A DNA stretch of 24,184 bases from Chiloscyllium plagiosum. Taxonomy: Eukaryota. Location: positions 95,198,003 through 95,222,186 of the forward strand of contig NC_057718.1 in the NCBI RefSeq assembly GCF_004010195.1. Direction: 5' to 3'. Position numbers and translations under genes: made by a program. The notes under the pieces were generated by a model. It had not been told where the DNA came from. It saw only the letters and a program-made list of their open reading frames with translations, and ran no database searches. This document shows, piece after piece, positions 10,114 through 21,167 of the stretch (position 1 is its first letter; each line of letters begins with the position of its first letter).

Positions 10114-10374
10114 GTTTTAATTGCATAGAGCCAATTTGTGAAAAAAGCTTGGTCAAAATGTTGGTTGATAAGAGTAGATTGGGGATGCAGCAGTAACCAC
10201 CCTTATTGCCCTTTTAACACCACCCTGTCAAAAGTGCTTGTTAAGTGGACAGTGTTCAACTCCAAGTAAGATATGTTCTTATACAGTCTGTGAATAGTGA
10301 AAGCACAGAGTGAGAACTGAGAGACCCTAGTGTAAATGTGCGGATCCTCCCCTTTACAACATTCAGAATTGCTT

Positions 10375-10520
10375 AGCAATCAACGACGTTGCCTTTAACA
10401 ATGTAAAACATTGCATGGTGTTGAAAAGAACATGACCTTGAGCTATATATGAGGATATTACGCAGACAAGCAAAATCATGATCAATTGCTTAATTTTGAT
10501 GAATAACTTAACTTTCTTGA
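10375..10520 (-). mobile_element. Very decayed L2-type 3' tail fragment
   Basis: GCCTTTAACAATGTAAAACA..GAGGATATTACGCAG.. resembles the reverse complement of L2 3' UTRs; recognition is by eye only. Confidence 0.4.
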
Positions 10521-10984
10521 GTGTTTCACATGGCACTTATTACAGTATTTGTCATGTGATGATGTTGAGATGTACTATGTTACATTATTATGTAACTACA
10601 TAACTTCTTTAAATGTTTGTACAAAGCTATGGATGTTTTGCTGACCTTTGGAATTCAGAAGATGGGATCAGTTATCAGACTGTCATCAGCAATGGAGATG
10701 TGGCTATTGCCTCCTGTTTTCAGGAAAGCTCAGAGATTGGGTGGTTTGTGAAAGAGAGCATAGATTTACATTTGTTTTACTAATGTAAAAGCTATAACAT
10801 TTAGAGCTGCCATTACAAATGTTTCACAGGGATTTCTCCACTGCACATTATTACATGCCATTAGCATTAAAATATTTTCAAAATGTGAACCACGCAACTT
10901 AGCAGCTTTTTCAACAGAGGTTGATAAGATAATCATTGATTTTATTCAAAACATTGATTATCAGTCTAATTATTTGGGAAAATA

Positions 10985-11140
10985 AAGTAGTTGCTGGAAA
11001 CACAGTCTTCAAGCAGCATTTGTAGAGAGAAAGGTTAATATTTTGAACAGTTTTCATCAGAACTGTCTAAAGCATCGACTGAGCTAATGTGTATCTGCAT
11101 GTTTCTTGTTTTTTTGATTTCCAGCAGTTGCTGTGTTTTT
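10985..11140. mobile_element. Decayed Penelope-derived element with inverted terminal-repeat pieces
   Basis: TTGCTGGAAA at the left and TTTCCAGCAG at the right; minus-strand CTGATGA at 11060-11054. Confidence 0.55.
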
Positions 11141-11359
11141 AATTGTTTAATTCATACAATTACTTTTCGAAATAGCTCTTGGGTGATCAACTTCCTAGAA
11201 AATTTCTGATCAAACACCTGTAGTTTTTACCATTTGTTGCCACCCTTTGTCCGTTAGCCTCCAATCTTCACTCTTCCACAGATCAGGTTTCCCTGGTTCG
11301 AATAGTGGGTACATTTTATCCCTAACCACAAGTTAACTGTGAGACAACAATAGAATAGC

Positions 11360-12760
11360 AGTAATAATACTGGACTCTTCATTCAGCAGCCCAGACAAAT
11401 GCTCCAAAGACACGACTTCAAATCCCACCATGGCAGTTGGTGGAATTTAAATTCAATAAATAGCCATAAAACTACTGGATCATCTTTAAATACACATCTA
11501 ATTCACTAACGCTCCTTGGGAAAGAAACATGTCATCCTTAACAGTCTCTTCTACATGGGATTCCAGACCCACAGTAATCTCTTAACTTGCCTCAGAAAGA
11601 CCTAGCAAGCTACTCTCATATAAAACCACAGTAGAAAAGTCAAAAAAGTCCACCATGAGAATGTTATCTGGCTTGAACCAAGGAACAAATTGCACCATAC
11701 TCAATCTTCAAAGTGCTGCTAACTAACGTTCACTAATGTTTGAAGATATGCACAAAATGGGACAGCTGTTCCACAAACTAATCAAGCAACTGCCCAGCAT
11801 AGTCAAACCCACCAACCAGATATTATAGTCAATGTCCTACATTCCGTCATCAGCAGAAGAAAACAGTTGGGAAGGAATATCCCGAAACATTGACTCCAGA
11901 TCCATGAAGCATAATGGCATTAAACCAAAAAAGGGCAAGGAAACCTCTTGCAGATTATCTTATACTGCCAATGAGTCAGTACTCCTCTATGTTGAACACT
12001 ACTTTGTAGAATCACTGAGGATAATAAGGGTGCACTTTCATGTTATCAACGACAACAGCTCAGTAGCACCAGTACTAACTGAACTGACTACATCCTGAAA
12101 GGTAAAAACAATGACTGCAGATGCTGGAAACCAAGAGGAGGAAAACTTCTTCAAGGCAGGCATCCTTGCAAGAGGATTCGCAGTAGAGTTTTGTTTTTAC
12201 CTCGTTGATTTTAACCCTACTGCGAATCCTCTTGCAAGGATGCCTGCCTTGAAGAGGTTTTCCTCCTCTCTCTACAAGAATCTCAGGGAGTCCCTCTCCC
12301 ACTGCAACTCCCAGGTCATTTCCTCTGCCCTGAAGCTCTTCAACCATGTCGTGTGGTTTCCATACATCCTGAAAGACCAATCTGCCAGACAGACCTGAAG
12401 CTGTTGGTGAGAGAACTATCCATATAAGGAAGGACTTGTGTGACCACACACCAAATCTGTCCATTTTGGGTGTACCTGTGCATGATAATATTGATAGGAG
12501 TGACCACCCCACAGGCCTTGTTGTGCAAATGTCCTTTTTTACCCAACCAATTGTGTTGAAATTCCGTGAATATGATGAATGGGATAGATTCTAGCAGTTT
12601 CTAAATTGGGCATTGAGAAAGTGTTGTTGACCATCACAATCTGTAATCTCATGGTCCAGAATATATCCCACGCCGTCATTACCATTGAGGCAGTGGATTG
12701 CAAGAAATCATGCTAGGAGGAAAACTAGATATTTGTTATACATGTTGCAAACTTGGTTAA
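11360..12760 (+). mobile_element. Decayed LINE 5' portion (APE endonuclease; clade uncertain, RTE-X-like) with a tRNA/SINE-like head
   Basis: B-box-like ACTTCAAATCCC at ~11415 and a SINE-like body to ~11620. It continues into endonuclease remnants KMGQLFHKLIKQLPSIV, ANESVLLYVEHYFVESLR, VHDNIDRSDH, EWDRF and TICNLMV. Confidence 0.7.
12102..12362. mobile_element. Penelope-derived rearranged insertion with 13-bp TSD and a 57-bp inverted repeat
   Basis: TSD TACATCCTGAAAG at 12089-12101 and 12363-12375. Arms 12134-12190 and 12213-12269 are 55/57 complementary. The start ACTGCAGATGCTGGAAA resembles the reverse complement of the end of the repeat at ~14380. Confidence 0.8.
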
Positions 12761-12761
12761 G

Positions 12762-13054
12762 ATAGAATAGAATCCCAACAGTGTGGAAACAAGCCATTTG
12801 AGTCTACACTGACACTGAAAAGCATCCCACTCTTACCCACCCACCTACTCTATTCCTCTAACCCCGCATTTTCCGTGGCTAATCCACCTAGCTTGCACAT
12901 CCCGAGACACTATGGGCAATTTGGCATGGCCAATCCACCGAACCTGCACATCTTTGAACTGTGGTAGGAAACCTATGCAGACACAGGGAGAATGTGCAAA
13001 TTCCACACAGACAGTCACCCAAGGCTGGAATTGAACCCTGGTCCGTGGTGTGAG
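12762..13054 (-). mobile_element. HE1/V-SINE-type SINE
   Basis: Same core and B box (GAATTGAACCC on +) as 1128-1429; (ATTCT)n tail. Confidence 0.9.
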
Positions 13055-14190
13055 TCCTTGTCCTTCTCAATCTGTCTGCAGTCTTTAGGACAATGCATTT
13101 CCTCACCGCCATCATCTAGCTTATTGGGATTTAATTTAATTTAACTAGTTCCTTTCTTATTTATCCAGGCATAGCCAAATAATTATCTGCAATAGCATTG
13201 CTCCCTCTTCCATATATTTACCTTTGGGTCCCCCAAGGATCTATCCTTGACTCTTTGTTTTTCATCTACAAACTGCCTCATGACAATGTCTTCTGTAAAC
13301 AGTGTCATTTTTTGTGTTCTCTGACATCCATCACTTCCTCCCAAGTATTTTTCTCTTGTGCTCGCTGTGTTGTTAGAATGCTAACTAGCATCCGTTATTC
13401 CAAATAAATGTTGGGAAGACTAAAGCCATTGGCTTCAGTCCTAACATCAGTGTCTGTTCCCTAGCTACTGACTCCTTTCCTCCCACTGGCAACTGCTTGA
13501 GAATTAACTAAATTGATTGTAATTTTAGTGCATATTTAGTGCAGAGATAATCTTTGAAGTGCAAATGCCATTAAGACTGCCCATTTCCAACTCCATAATT
13601 TTGTATAACTCCACACTTTTGATATTTCATCATCTGCTGAAACTCTCAATCTAGCATTTGTTACCTCAAGACTTGATCATTCCAAGACATTCCTGTCCAG
13701 TCTCCCACATTTAACCCTCAATAAACCTGACTTTGTCCAAAACTCTAATCCCCATTCCTAACTTGCCCCATTCACCAATTACCCTGTATTGCTGACCTAC
13801 ATTGGCTGTGTGTTAAGCAACTTATTAGTTGTAGAATCCGTATCCTTGTCTTTAAATCCTTCATGGCCTTCACCTTCCTATCCCTGTAACCTCTATTTCA
13901 ATGATCCAATGAAATATCTCCATTCATCTAATTATGGCCCGTTGAGCATCCTGATTTTAATCATCTGCGTTGTGGCAGGGCCATAAGTTTTGAAATTCTC
14001 ATCAAGCCTCTCTGCTTCTCTTTCTTCCTTTAAGACACTCCTAAAATTAATCTTTTTGCCTAATTTTTAGTCATTTGTCCAAATATTTTATTATGTAGCT
14101 TGGAGGCAAATTTGTTTGATAATGAACCTGTGAGGTGTCTTTGGATAGTCTAAGGTGTTTCTCAGATTAAAATAATTGCTGTTGTGCTCA
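13055..14190 (+). mobile_element. Decayed L2 LINE (RT and 3' region)
   Basis: LVLLNLSAVF (LDLSAAFD-like), VPQGSILDSLFFIYKLP, and AFVTSRLDHS (SRLDY motif), followed by an L2-like 3' UTR. Confidence 0.85.
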
Positions 14191-14274
14191 GTCTGTAGAA
14201 TTATAAGAAAACAAGGAATTGGAGAAGGGCAATCAAGCCAACCAGAGTTGCCACATCCTTCTGTTACAGGCTAT

Positions 14275-14410
14275 TCTGAAAAAGAGTCACTCAACCTGAA
14301 GTGTTAACTGTAATTACTCTTCACAGGTGCTACCATACCTGCTGAGATTTTCCAGAAATTTCTATTTTTGTTTCAGATTTCCAGCATCCACAGTCATTTT
14401 GATTTTTTAT
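14275..14410 (+). mobile_element. Penelope-derived terminal-repeat fragment with degenerate hammerhead core
   Basis: CTGAAAAAGAGTCACTCAACCTGAAGTGTTAAC...ACCTGCTGAGATTTTCCAG...CAGATTTCCAGCATCCACAG. Confidence 0.65.
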
Positions 14411-14506
14411 GCCATAATGAGGACTTGATTGTAATTCTTCAACTCCGTCTAAGTCATTCTACACATTGAAGATTATCAGTTAAACAATTTTATATTTATA
14501 TGCTTC

Positions 14507-14777
14507 CACGATGGCTCAGTGGTTAGCACTGCTGCCTCACAGCACCAGGGTCCCAGGTTTGCACATTTTCCCCATGTCTGCGTGGGTTTCCTCCAAGTGC
14601 TCCGGTTTCCTCCCACAATCCAAAAATGTGCAGATCAGGTGAATTGGCCATGCTATATTGCCCATAGTGTTAGGTGCATTAGTCTGAGGGAAATGGGTCT
14701 GGGTGGGTTATTCTTCAGTGTTGGTGTGGACTGGTTGGGCCAAAGGGCCTGTTTCCACACTGTAGGGAATCTAATCT
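14507..14777 (+). mobile_element. HE1/V-SINE-type SINE with a small internal deletion removing the B box
   Basis: TGGCTCAGTGGTTAGCACTGCTGCCTCACAGCACCAGGG, then core, then a GGGAATCTAATCT tail. Confidence 0.93.
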
Positions 14778-15983
14778 TTCCACATCTCCATTGATTTACA
14801 TTGTTGATTAGTTTTACAAGATATTTAACTTTTCTTTTTCACATTGAAAGAAATTGTGTGAAGGGGACCAATTTCTTCCTTTTTAAAATGTGTCTAAGAA
14901 GAAACCAGCAATGGTAAACATGAGCTTTCTGCTGAATTTGAATTTTTAAAAAATATTTTAGCTGCGGAAGAGGGAACATCTAACTGTGACCTCACTGATA
15001 ATTTCTTATAGGTTTGAAAAGCACGTTTCCACATATAAACAAAATGTTCCTTACACACGTCTACACTTTGCATGGCTCTATTGCAAAAAAGCCAGGGAAT
15101 GAAACTTTATCTTTGAAAGCAAGGAACATAAAGATCAGTAGAGATGTAAAAGGATGTGCTGATTCACTGTCATTGTATTGCATAACCTCAAACTTTACGA
15201 AAGGGTGTTCTTCTAATATCCTGTCTAGTATTTATCTTTCACAGCACAATGAAAACAGATTCACTGATCGTAGATCACGCATGCTATTTATGGGACATTG
15301 CACAATGCTAATTTCCTGATGATTGTTTTGCTCATATGTTTTACGAGACTATCTCAGTGGTGGAGTGTTAATGCGTCATAAAAGTGCCACAGTGCATTAT
15401 TGTATATTTAGCTGATATTGAGATATAATCTAAGAAACAGTCATAATCTTAGATAAATAATGGTTACTCAGCACGACGAGTTAGAGGATAAATTAATCTA
15501 TAATTTAATCAAATTATTTTTGATGTGAGTGGCTGTTTTTATTCCTTCTTTATGAAGAAAATAATTCTGTGCTGCTGGCCTGAATTAGTGCTCTGAAATT
15601 GTAAAATCTTTGCCTTTCCTAAAGGTACATCATAGGTGTAATGTAGAATTTGTTGGAGGAACCCATGGGAGCACCAGAATAGTTGCTAAATTTTAATGCT
15701 AGCTGCATGATTACTTGAGTTTTCATATTTCAAGAAATGTGACTGCTACCTTAATGAGTTTAGCGGCGGCAACTCTGCGTTTTGCTTCGAGGAAGAGGTT
15801 TCTGAACTTTCTGTTGACCCTTTACTCTGAACAAGTTCCAATCAGATAACTTTGTGATAAACTGAAAAAGAAAACACAGGCCAAATGGCCACACCAACAA
15901 AAGAATTGCAGAGTAGGAGATACTGGCTGGTGGGGACTTGGGGAGGAATTTAGCAAATGTTTTTCTCAGGATTCTATGACATT

Positions 15984-16483
15984 NNNNNNNNNNNNNNNNN
16001 NNNNNNNNNNNNNNNNNNNNNNNNNNNNNNNNNNNNNNNNNNNNNNNNNNNNNNNNNNNNNNNNNNNNNNNNNNNNNNNNNNNNNNNNNNNNNNNNNNNN
16101 NNNNNNNNNNNNNNNNNNNNNNNNNNNNNNNNNNNNNNNNNNNNNNNNNNNNNNNNNNNNNNNNNNNNNNNNNNNNNNNNNNNNNNNNNNNNNNNNNNNN
16201 NNNNNNNNNNNNNNNNNNNNNNNNNNNNNNNNNNNNNNNNNNNNNNNNNNNNNNNNNNNNNNNNNNNNNNNNNNNNNNNNNNNNNNNNNNNNNNNNNNNN
16301 NNNNNNNNNNNNNNNNNNNNNNNNNNNNNNNNNNNNNNNNNNNNNNNNNNNNNNNNNNNNNNNNNNNNNNNNNNNNNNNNNNNNNNNNNNNNNNNNNNNN
16401 NNNNNNNNNNNNNNNNNNNNNNNNNNNNNNNNNNNNNNNNNNNNNNNNNNNNNNNNNNNNNNNNNNNNNNNNNNNNNNNNNNN
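15984..16483. other. Assembly gap
   Basis: Run of N. Confidence 1.
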
Positions 16484-16504
16484 AAAAAAAACTGGAGAGA
16501 TAGA

Positions 16505-16845
16505 AGCGATGAAGCTGTGAAGTTGTGAAATTCAAATCTTGAGCCCTACAGATTGTCCGATGTCCGTGTCTAAAATGAGGTGCTGTTCCTCTAGATGCTG
16601 GTGTGCTTCACTGGAACACTGTAGCAGGTCCAGGATGGAAATAGTTGCTTGGGAGCAAGATTGTTGAATGAAATACAAGCATTTGGTAGGCCAGGCTCAG
16701 TCCTACAGCCTAGGACTGAGTACAGCCTGTACTCTCTAATGCAGTCCTCCAGTCTGTGTTTGGTCTTGCCAATCGTTGTGAGCTCAGCAGCAAATACAGC
16801 GGACTAGATGGAAAGCTGCTTCACCTGGAAGGTTTGTTTGTAACT
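16505..16845 (-). mobile_element. Decayed Penelope-like GIY-YIG endonuclease fragment
   Basis: Minus-strand peptides KQTFQVKQ, LVRCICC, IGKTKHRLEDCIREY, ISILDLLQCSSEAHQHLEEQHLIL. Confidence 0.78.
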
Positions 16846-17101
16846 GTGGCCAATTCTCAACTTGCTGATCCCTGGGAACTTCGGACAGGATATCCCATGG
16901 GATAGTGCGATCCAGGAAGCAGTATTTGCTTCCTTTTTGTTCCTTCTCAGCTGCTACTCTGCTTCATCATTAAGGCGTGCTGCACCTCACTGAATAATGT
17001 TAAAAATCCCACAACACCAGGTTATAGTCCAACAGGTTTATTTGAAAGGACAAGCTTTCAGAGCGCTGCTCCTTCATCACATAGTAGGGTCGTAGGACAC
17101 A

Positions 17102-17363
17102 CAAAACGGAAATGAGGAGACATTTCTTCAGCCAGAGAGTAGTGGGCCTCTCTGTGGAATTTGTTGCCATGTAGCGCAGTGGAGGCCAGGACATTAAATG
17201 TCTTCAAGGCAGAGATTGATAAGTTCTGGATCTTGCAAGGAATTAAGGGCTACGGGGCGAGTGCGGGTAAGTGGAGTTGAAATGCCCATCAGGCATGATT
17301 AAATGGTGGTGGATTCGATGGACCGAATGGCCTTACTTCCGCTCCCATGTCTTATGGTCTTAT
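17102..17363 (+). mobile_element. Short CR1 3' end inserted in the inverted pLTR
   Basis: EMRRHFFSQRVV; (TCTTATGG)n tail; TSD GGACACA at 17095-17101 and 17364-17370. Confidence 0.9.
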
Positions 17364-17785
17364 GGACACAGAATTTATAAAAAAAATCAAAGTGTCAGAC
17401 AACTGATGTGATGTATAGATTGTGTTAAGTCTTTAATCACTCAGAACGGGGTTGCAAGTTTTGATTCATTAATATATGAATCCCAGAATTTCTTTCTGGT
17501 CACATTCCCAAAATAACTAAAGGATTTTATAAAAGAAACAACGGATGAATGGACACCATGCAACAATCACCAGGCAGGGGTGTTCCCTCCCAGTCAGGGA
17601 ACGCTGCAGCAGTCAGGGACATTTGGCCTCGGATCTTCAGGGGACCATCCTCCAAGGTGGACTTCAGGACACGCAACAATGCAGAGTGGCCAGGCAGAGG
17701 CTGATAGCCAGGTTCGATACCCATCGGGATGGCCTCAACCGGGACCTTGGGTTCAGGTGATACTACAGGTGACACCATACACTAT

Positions 17786-17806
17786 ACACACACACACACA
17801 CACACA
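17786..17806. repeat. (AC)10 microsatellite inside the Penelope element
   Basis: ACACACACACACACACACACA. Confidence 0.95.
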
Positions 17807-18217
17807 GAGTTTGCATTTGCAGAATTGGATTTGCAGATCCATTCTATTTTGTTCTAAACGCACACAGTCTGTAGGCTGTCAGTCCATGTGACATTTTATC
17901 ATTTCCCATTTTATCAATTCTATTTGGAAATAGAACCAGTCTGACTCAAGGTTGGCATACAGACACATTCTAACCTCACACCTTTAATGTATTGTCTGAG
18001 CTGAGATCTCACCTTTTTTTAATAAAACCTTGTTATCTCAGGAATGTGACCTGAAAGAAGTTCTGGAATTTCCATGTTAATTAATCAAAACCTGCAACCC
18101 CATTCTAAGTGACTAAAGACTTAACAGCAATCGAGGTTTCTTCAATTCATTGCATCAGTTGTATGACACTTTGATCCTTTACTATATATTCTGTGTCCTA
18201 TGGTCCTACTCCACTAG

Positions 18218-18254
18218 GTACCTGATGAAGGAGCGTCACTCCGAAAGCTAGTGC
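18218..18254 (+). ncRNA. Minimal type I hammerhead ribozyme (Penelope pLTR)
   Basis: Stem I GUAC/GUGC, core CUGAUGA (18222-18228), extra A, stem II GGAG/CUCC, GAAA (18243-18246), palindromic AGCU, and a CUA triplet ending at 18250. Confidence 0.75.
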
Positions 18255-18469
18255 TTCCAAATGAACCTGTTGGACTATAACCTGGTGTTGAGTAATTTTT
18301 AACTTTGTCCACCCCAGTCCAACACCGGCTCCTCCACATTATTGAATAGTTGCCTTGTACAATTGGTTCTTGGTGGTCCCTGTCAGTGCTATCCATGCTG
18401 CTATACTTCAGGGTCAGCTTCAAAATGGCTTGTCATGTTTTCTCTGTCCTCTGTCCTCCAGCCTTTACT

Positions 18470-21167
18470 ATCGTGATATGTGCTTCTTGTCAGGTGTGGG
18501 AGTTTAAAGAGAGTTTAAGGGTTACTGCAGATTATATCTGCCATAAATACTGCTGGATGCGAATCTTATCAGATCGAGTGGATCGGTTGAAGAGACAGTT
18601 AGAAGCGATGAGGAACTTGCAACAGCTACAGTATGTGATGGATGGCAGTTAGAGGAAGGGGGGAAACCCTCAGATACAGTCACATAGATGGGCTAACTCC
18701 AGGAAGGGTGAGAGAGGTAGGCAGCTAGTGCAGGAGTCTTTTGTGGATATACCCATTTCTAACCGGTATGCTGTTTTGGGAAATGTAGGGGGTGATGGAT
18801 TCTCAGGGGAATGTAGCACGAACAGCCAACTTTCTGGTTCTAATGCAACGAGGGGTATATCGGGTTCCAAGAGATCAATTGTGTCAGGGGATTCTGTAGT
18901 CCAAGGTACAGACAGACGTTTCTGTGGCCAGCAGCGAAAAAGGAGAATAGTGTGTTGCTTCCCTGGTGCCAGGATCAAGGATGTCTCAGAGAGGGTGCAG
19001 AATGTTCTCATGGGGGAGAGAGGCCAGCAGGAGGTCATTGTCCACATAGGAACCAACGATATAGGAAGGGAAAAGGTTGAGATTCTGCAAGGAGATTGCA
19101 GAGAGTTAGGCAGGAATTTAAAAAGGAGGTCCTCAAGGGTAGTGATATCTGGATTACTCCCAGTGCTACGAGCTAGTGAGGGCAGGAATAGGAGGATAGA
19201 GTAGATGAAAGCATGGCTGAGGAGCTGGTGTATGGGAGAAGGATTCACATTTTTGGATCATTGGAATCTCATTAAGGATAGAAGTGACCTGTACAAGGAG
19301 GACGGATTGCACCTAAATTGGAAGGGGACTAATATACTGGCAGGGAAATTTGCTAGANNNNNNNNNNNNNNNNNNNNNNNNNNNNNNNNNNNNNNNNNNN
19401 NNNNNNNNNNNNNNNNNNNNNNNNNNNNNNNNNNNNNNNNNNNNNNNNNNNNNNNNNNNNNNNNNNNNNNNNNNNNNNNNNNNNNNNNNNNNNNNNNNNN
19501 NNNNNNNNNNNNNNNNNNNNNNNNNNNNNNNNNNNNNNNNNNNNNNNNNNNNNNNNNNNNNNNNNNNNNNNNNNNNNNNNNNNNNNNNNNNNNNNNNNNN
19601 NNNNNNNNNNNNNNNNNNNNNNNNNNNNNNNNNNNNNNNNNNNNNNNNNNNNNNNNNNNNNNNNNNNNNNNNNNNNNNNNNNNNNNNNNNNNNNNNNNNN
19701 NNNNNNNNNNNNNNNNNNNNNNNNNNNNNNNNNNNNNNNNNNNNNNNNNNNNNNNNNNNNNNNNNNNNNNNNNNNNNNNNNNNNNNNNNNNNNNNNNNNN
19801 NNNNNNNNNNNNNNNNNNNNNNNNNNNNNNNNNNNNNNNNNNNNNNNNNNNNNNNNNNNNNNNNNNNNNNNNNNNNNNNNNNNNNNNNNNNNNNNNNNNN
19901 NNNNNNNNNNNNNNNNNNNNNNNNNNNNNNNNNNNNNNNNNNNNNNNNNNNNNNNNNNNNNNNNNNNNNNNNNNNNNNNNNNNNNNNNNNNNNNNNNNNN
20001 NNNNNNNNNNNNNNNNNNNNNNNNNNNNNNNNNNNNNNNNNNCACCTAAATTGGAAGGGGACTAATATACTGGCAGGGAAATTTGGTAGAACTGCTTGGG
20101 AGGATTTAAATTAGTAAGGTGGGTGGTGGGACCCAGGGAGATAGTGAGGAAAGAGATCAATCTGAGACTAGTACAGTTGAGAACAGAAGCGAGTCAAACG
20201 GTGAGTGCAGACAGGGACAAGGTAGAACTAATAAATTAAACTGCATTTATTTCAATGTAAGGGGCCTACAGGGAAGGCAGATGAACTCAGGGCATGGTTA
20301 GGAACATGGGACTGGGATATTATAGCAATTACAGAAACATGGCTCAGGGATGGGCAGGACTGGCAGTGTAATGTTCCAGGATACAAATGCTACAGGAAGG
20401 ATAGAAAGGGAGGCCTGAGAAGAGGGGGAGTGGCACTTTTGATAAGGGGCAGCATTACAGCTGTGCTGAAGGAGGATATTCCCGGAAATACATCCAGGGA
20501 AGTTATTTGGGTGGAACTGAGAAATAAGAAAGGGATGATCACCTTATTGGGATTGTATTATAGACCCCCTAATAGTCAGAGGGAAATTGAGAAAAAAATT
20601 TGTAAGGAGATCTCAGCTATCTGTAAGAATAATAGGGTAGTTATGGTAGGGGATTTTAACTTTCCAAGCATAGACTGGGACTGTCATAGTGTTAAGGGTT
20701 TAGTTGGAGAGGAATTTGTTAAGTGCGTACAAGAACATTTTCTGATTCAGCATGTAGATGTACCTACTAGAGAAGGTGCAAAACTTGACCTTCTCTTGGA
20801 AAATAAGGCAGGACAGGTAACTGTGGTGTCAATGGGGGAGCACTTTGGAGCCAGCAACCATAACTCTATTCGTTTTAAAATCGTGATGGAAAAGGATAGA
20901 CCAGATCTAAAAGTTGAAGTTCTAAATTGGAGAAAGGCCAATTTTGATGGTATTAGGCAAGAACTTTCGAAAGCTGATTGGGGGCAGATGTTCGCAGGTA
21001 AAGGGACGGCTGGAAAATGGGAAGCCTTCAGAAATGAGATAACGAGAATCCAGAGAAAGTATATTCCTGTCAGGGTGAAAGGGAAAGCTGGTAGGTATAG
21101 GGAATGCTGGATGACTAAAGAAATTGAGGGTTTGGTTAAGAAAAAGAAGGAAGCATATGTAAGGTAG
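18470..21167 (+). mobile_element. CR1 LINE copy A: ORF1 (zinc-finger/coiled-coil + SGNH esterase) and ORF2 endonuclease, inactivated
   Basis: ORF1 has CASCQVWE..YICHK, GDSVVQG, CFPGARIKDV, VHIGTNDI and DGLHLN, with stops at 18650-18652 and 19202-19204. ORF2 has CIYFNVRGL, AITETWL, YYRPPN, GDFNFP, LDL and SNH, with a frameshift near 20270. Confidence 0.95.
19358..20042. other. Assembly gap with overlapping flanks
   Basis: Run of N; 19310-19357 and 20043-20090 are 47/48 identical. Confidence 0.98.

Larger units (their letters stand above)
16999..18340 (+). mobile_element. 5'-truncated Penelope-like element with an inverted partial pseudo-LTR at its 5' side
   Basis: GIY-YIG C-terminus QRMNGHHATI..LPVRE..QRLIARFDTHRDGLNRDLGF (~17539-17756). 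The direct pLTR runs ~17760-18340. Segments 16999-17101 and 17364-17530 are the reverse complement of ~18020-18305. Confidence 0.9.

Noticed and set aside
14276..14310. Additional hammerhead cores here and at ~11035-11060
   Set aside because: The CUGANGA/GAAA core or stem II is broken, so they are not credible as active ribozymes.
16891..16904. 14-bp palindrome TATCCCATGGGATA
   Set aside because: A palindrome this short can arise by chance in 24 kb, and there is no supporting context.
18728..19204. SGNH/GDSL esterase-like ORF as a host or horizontally acquired gene
   Set aside because: It is the known esterase domain of CR1 ORF1, with in-frame stops and directly upstream of ORF2.
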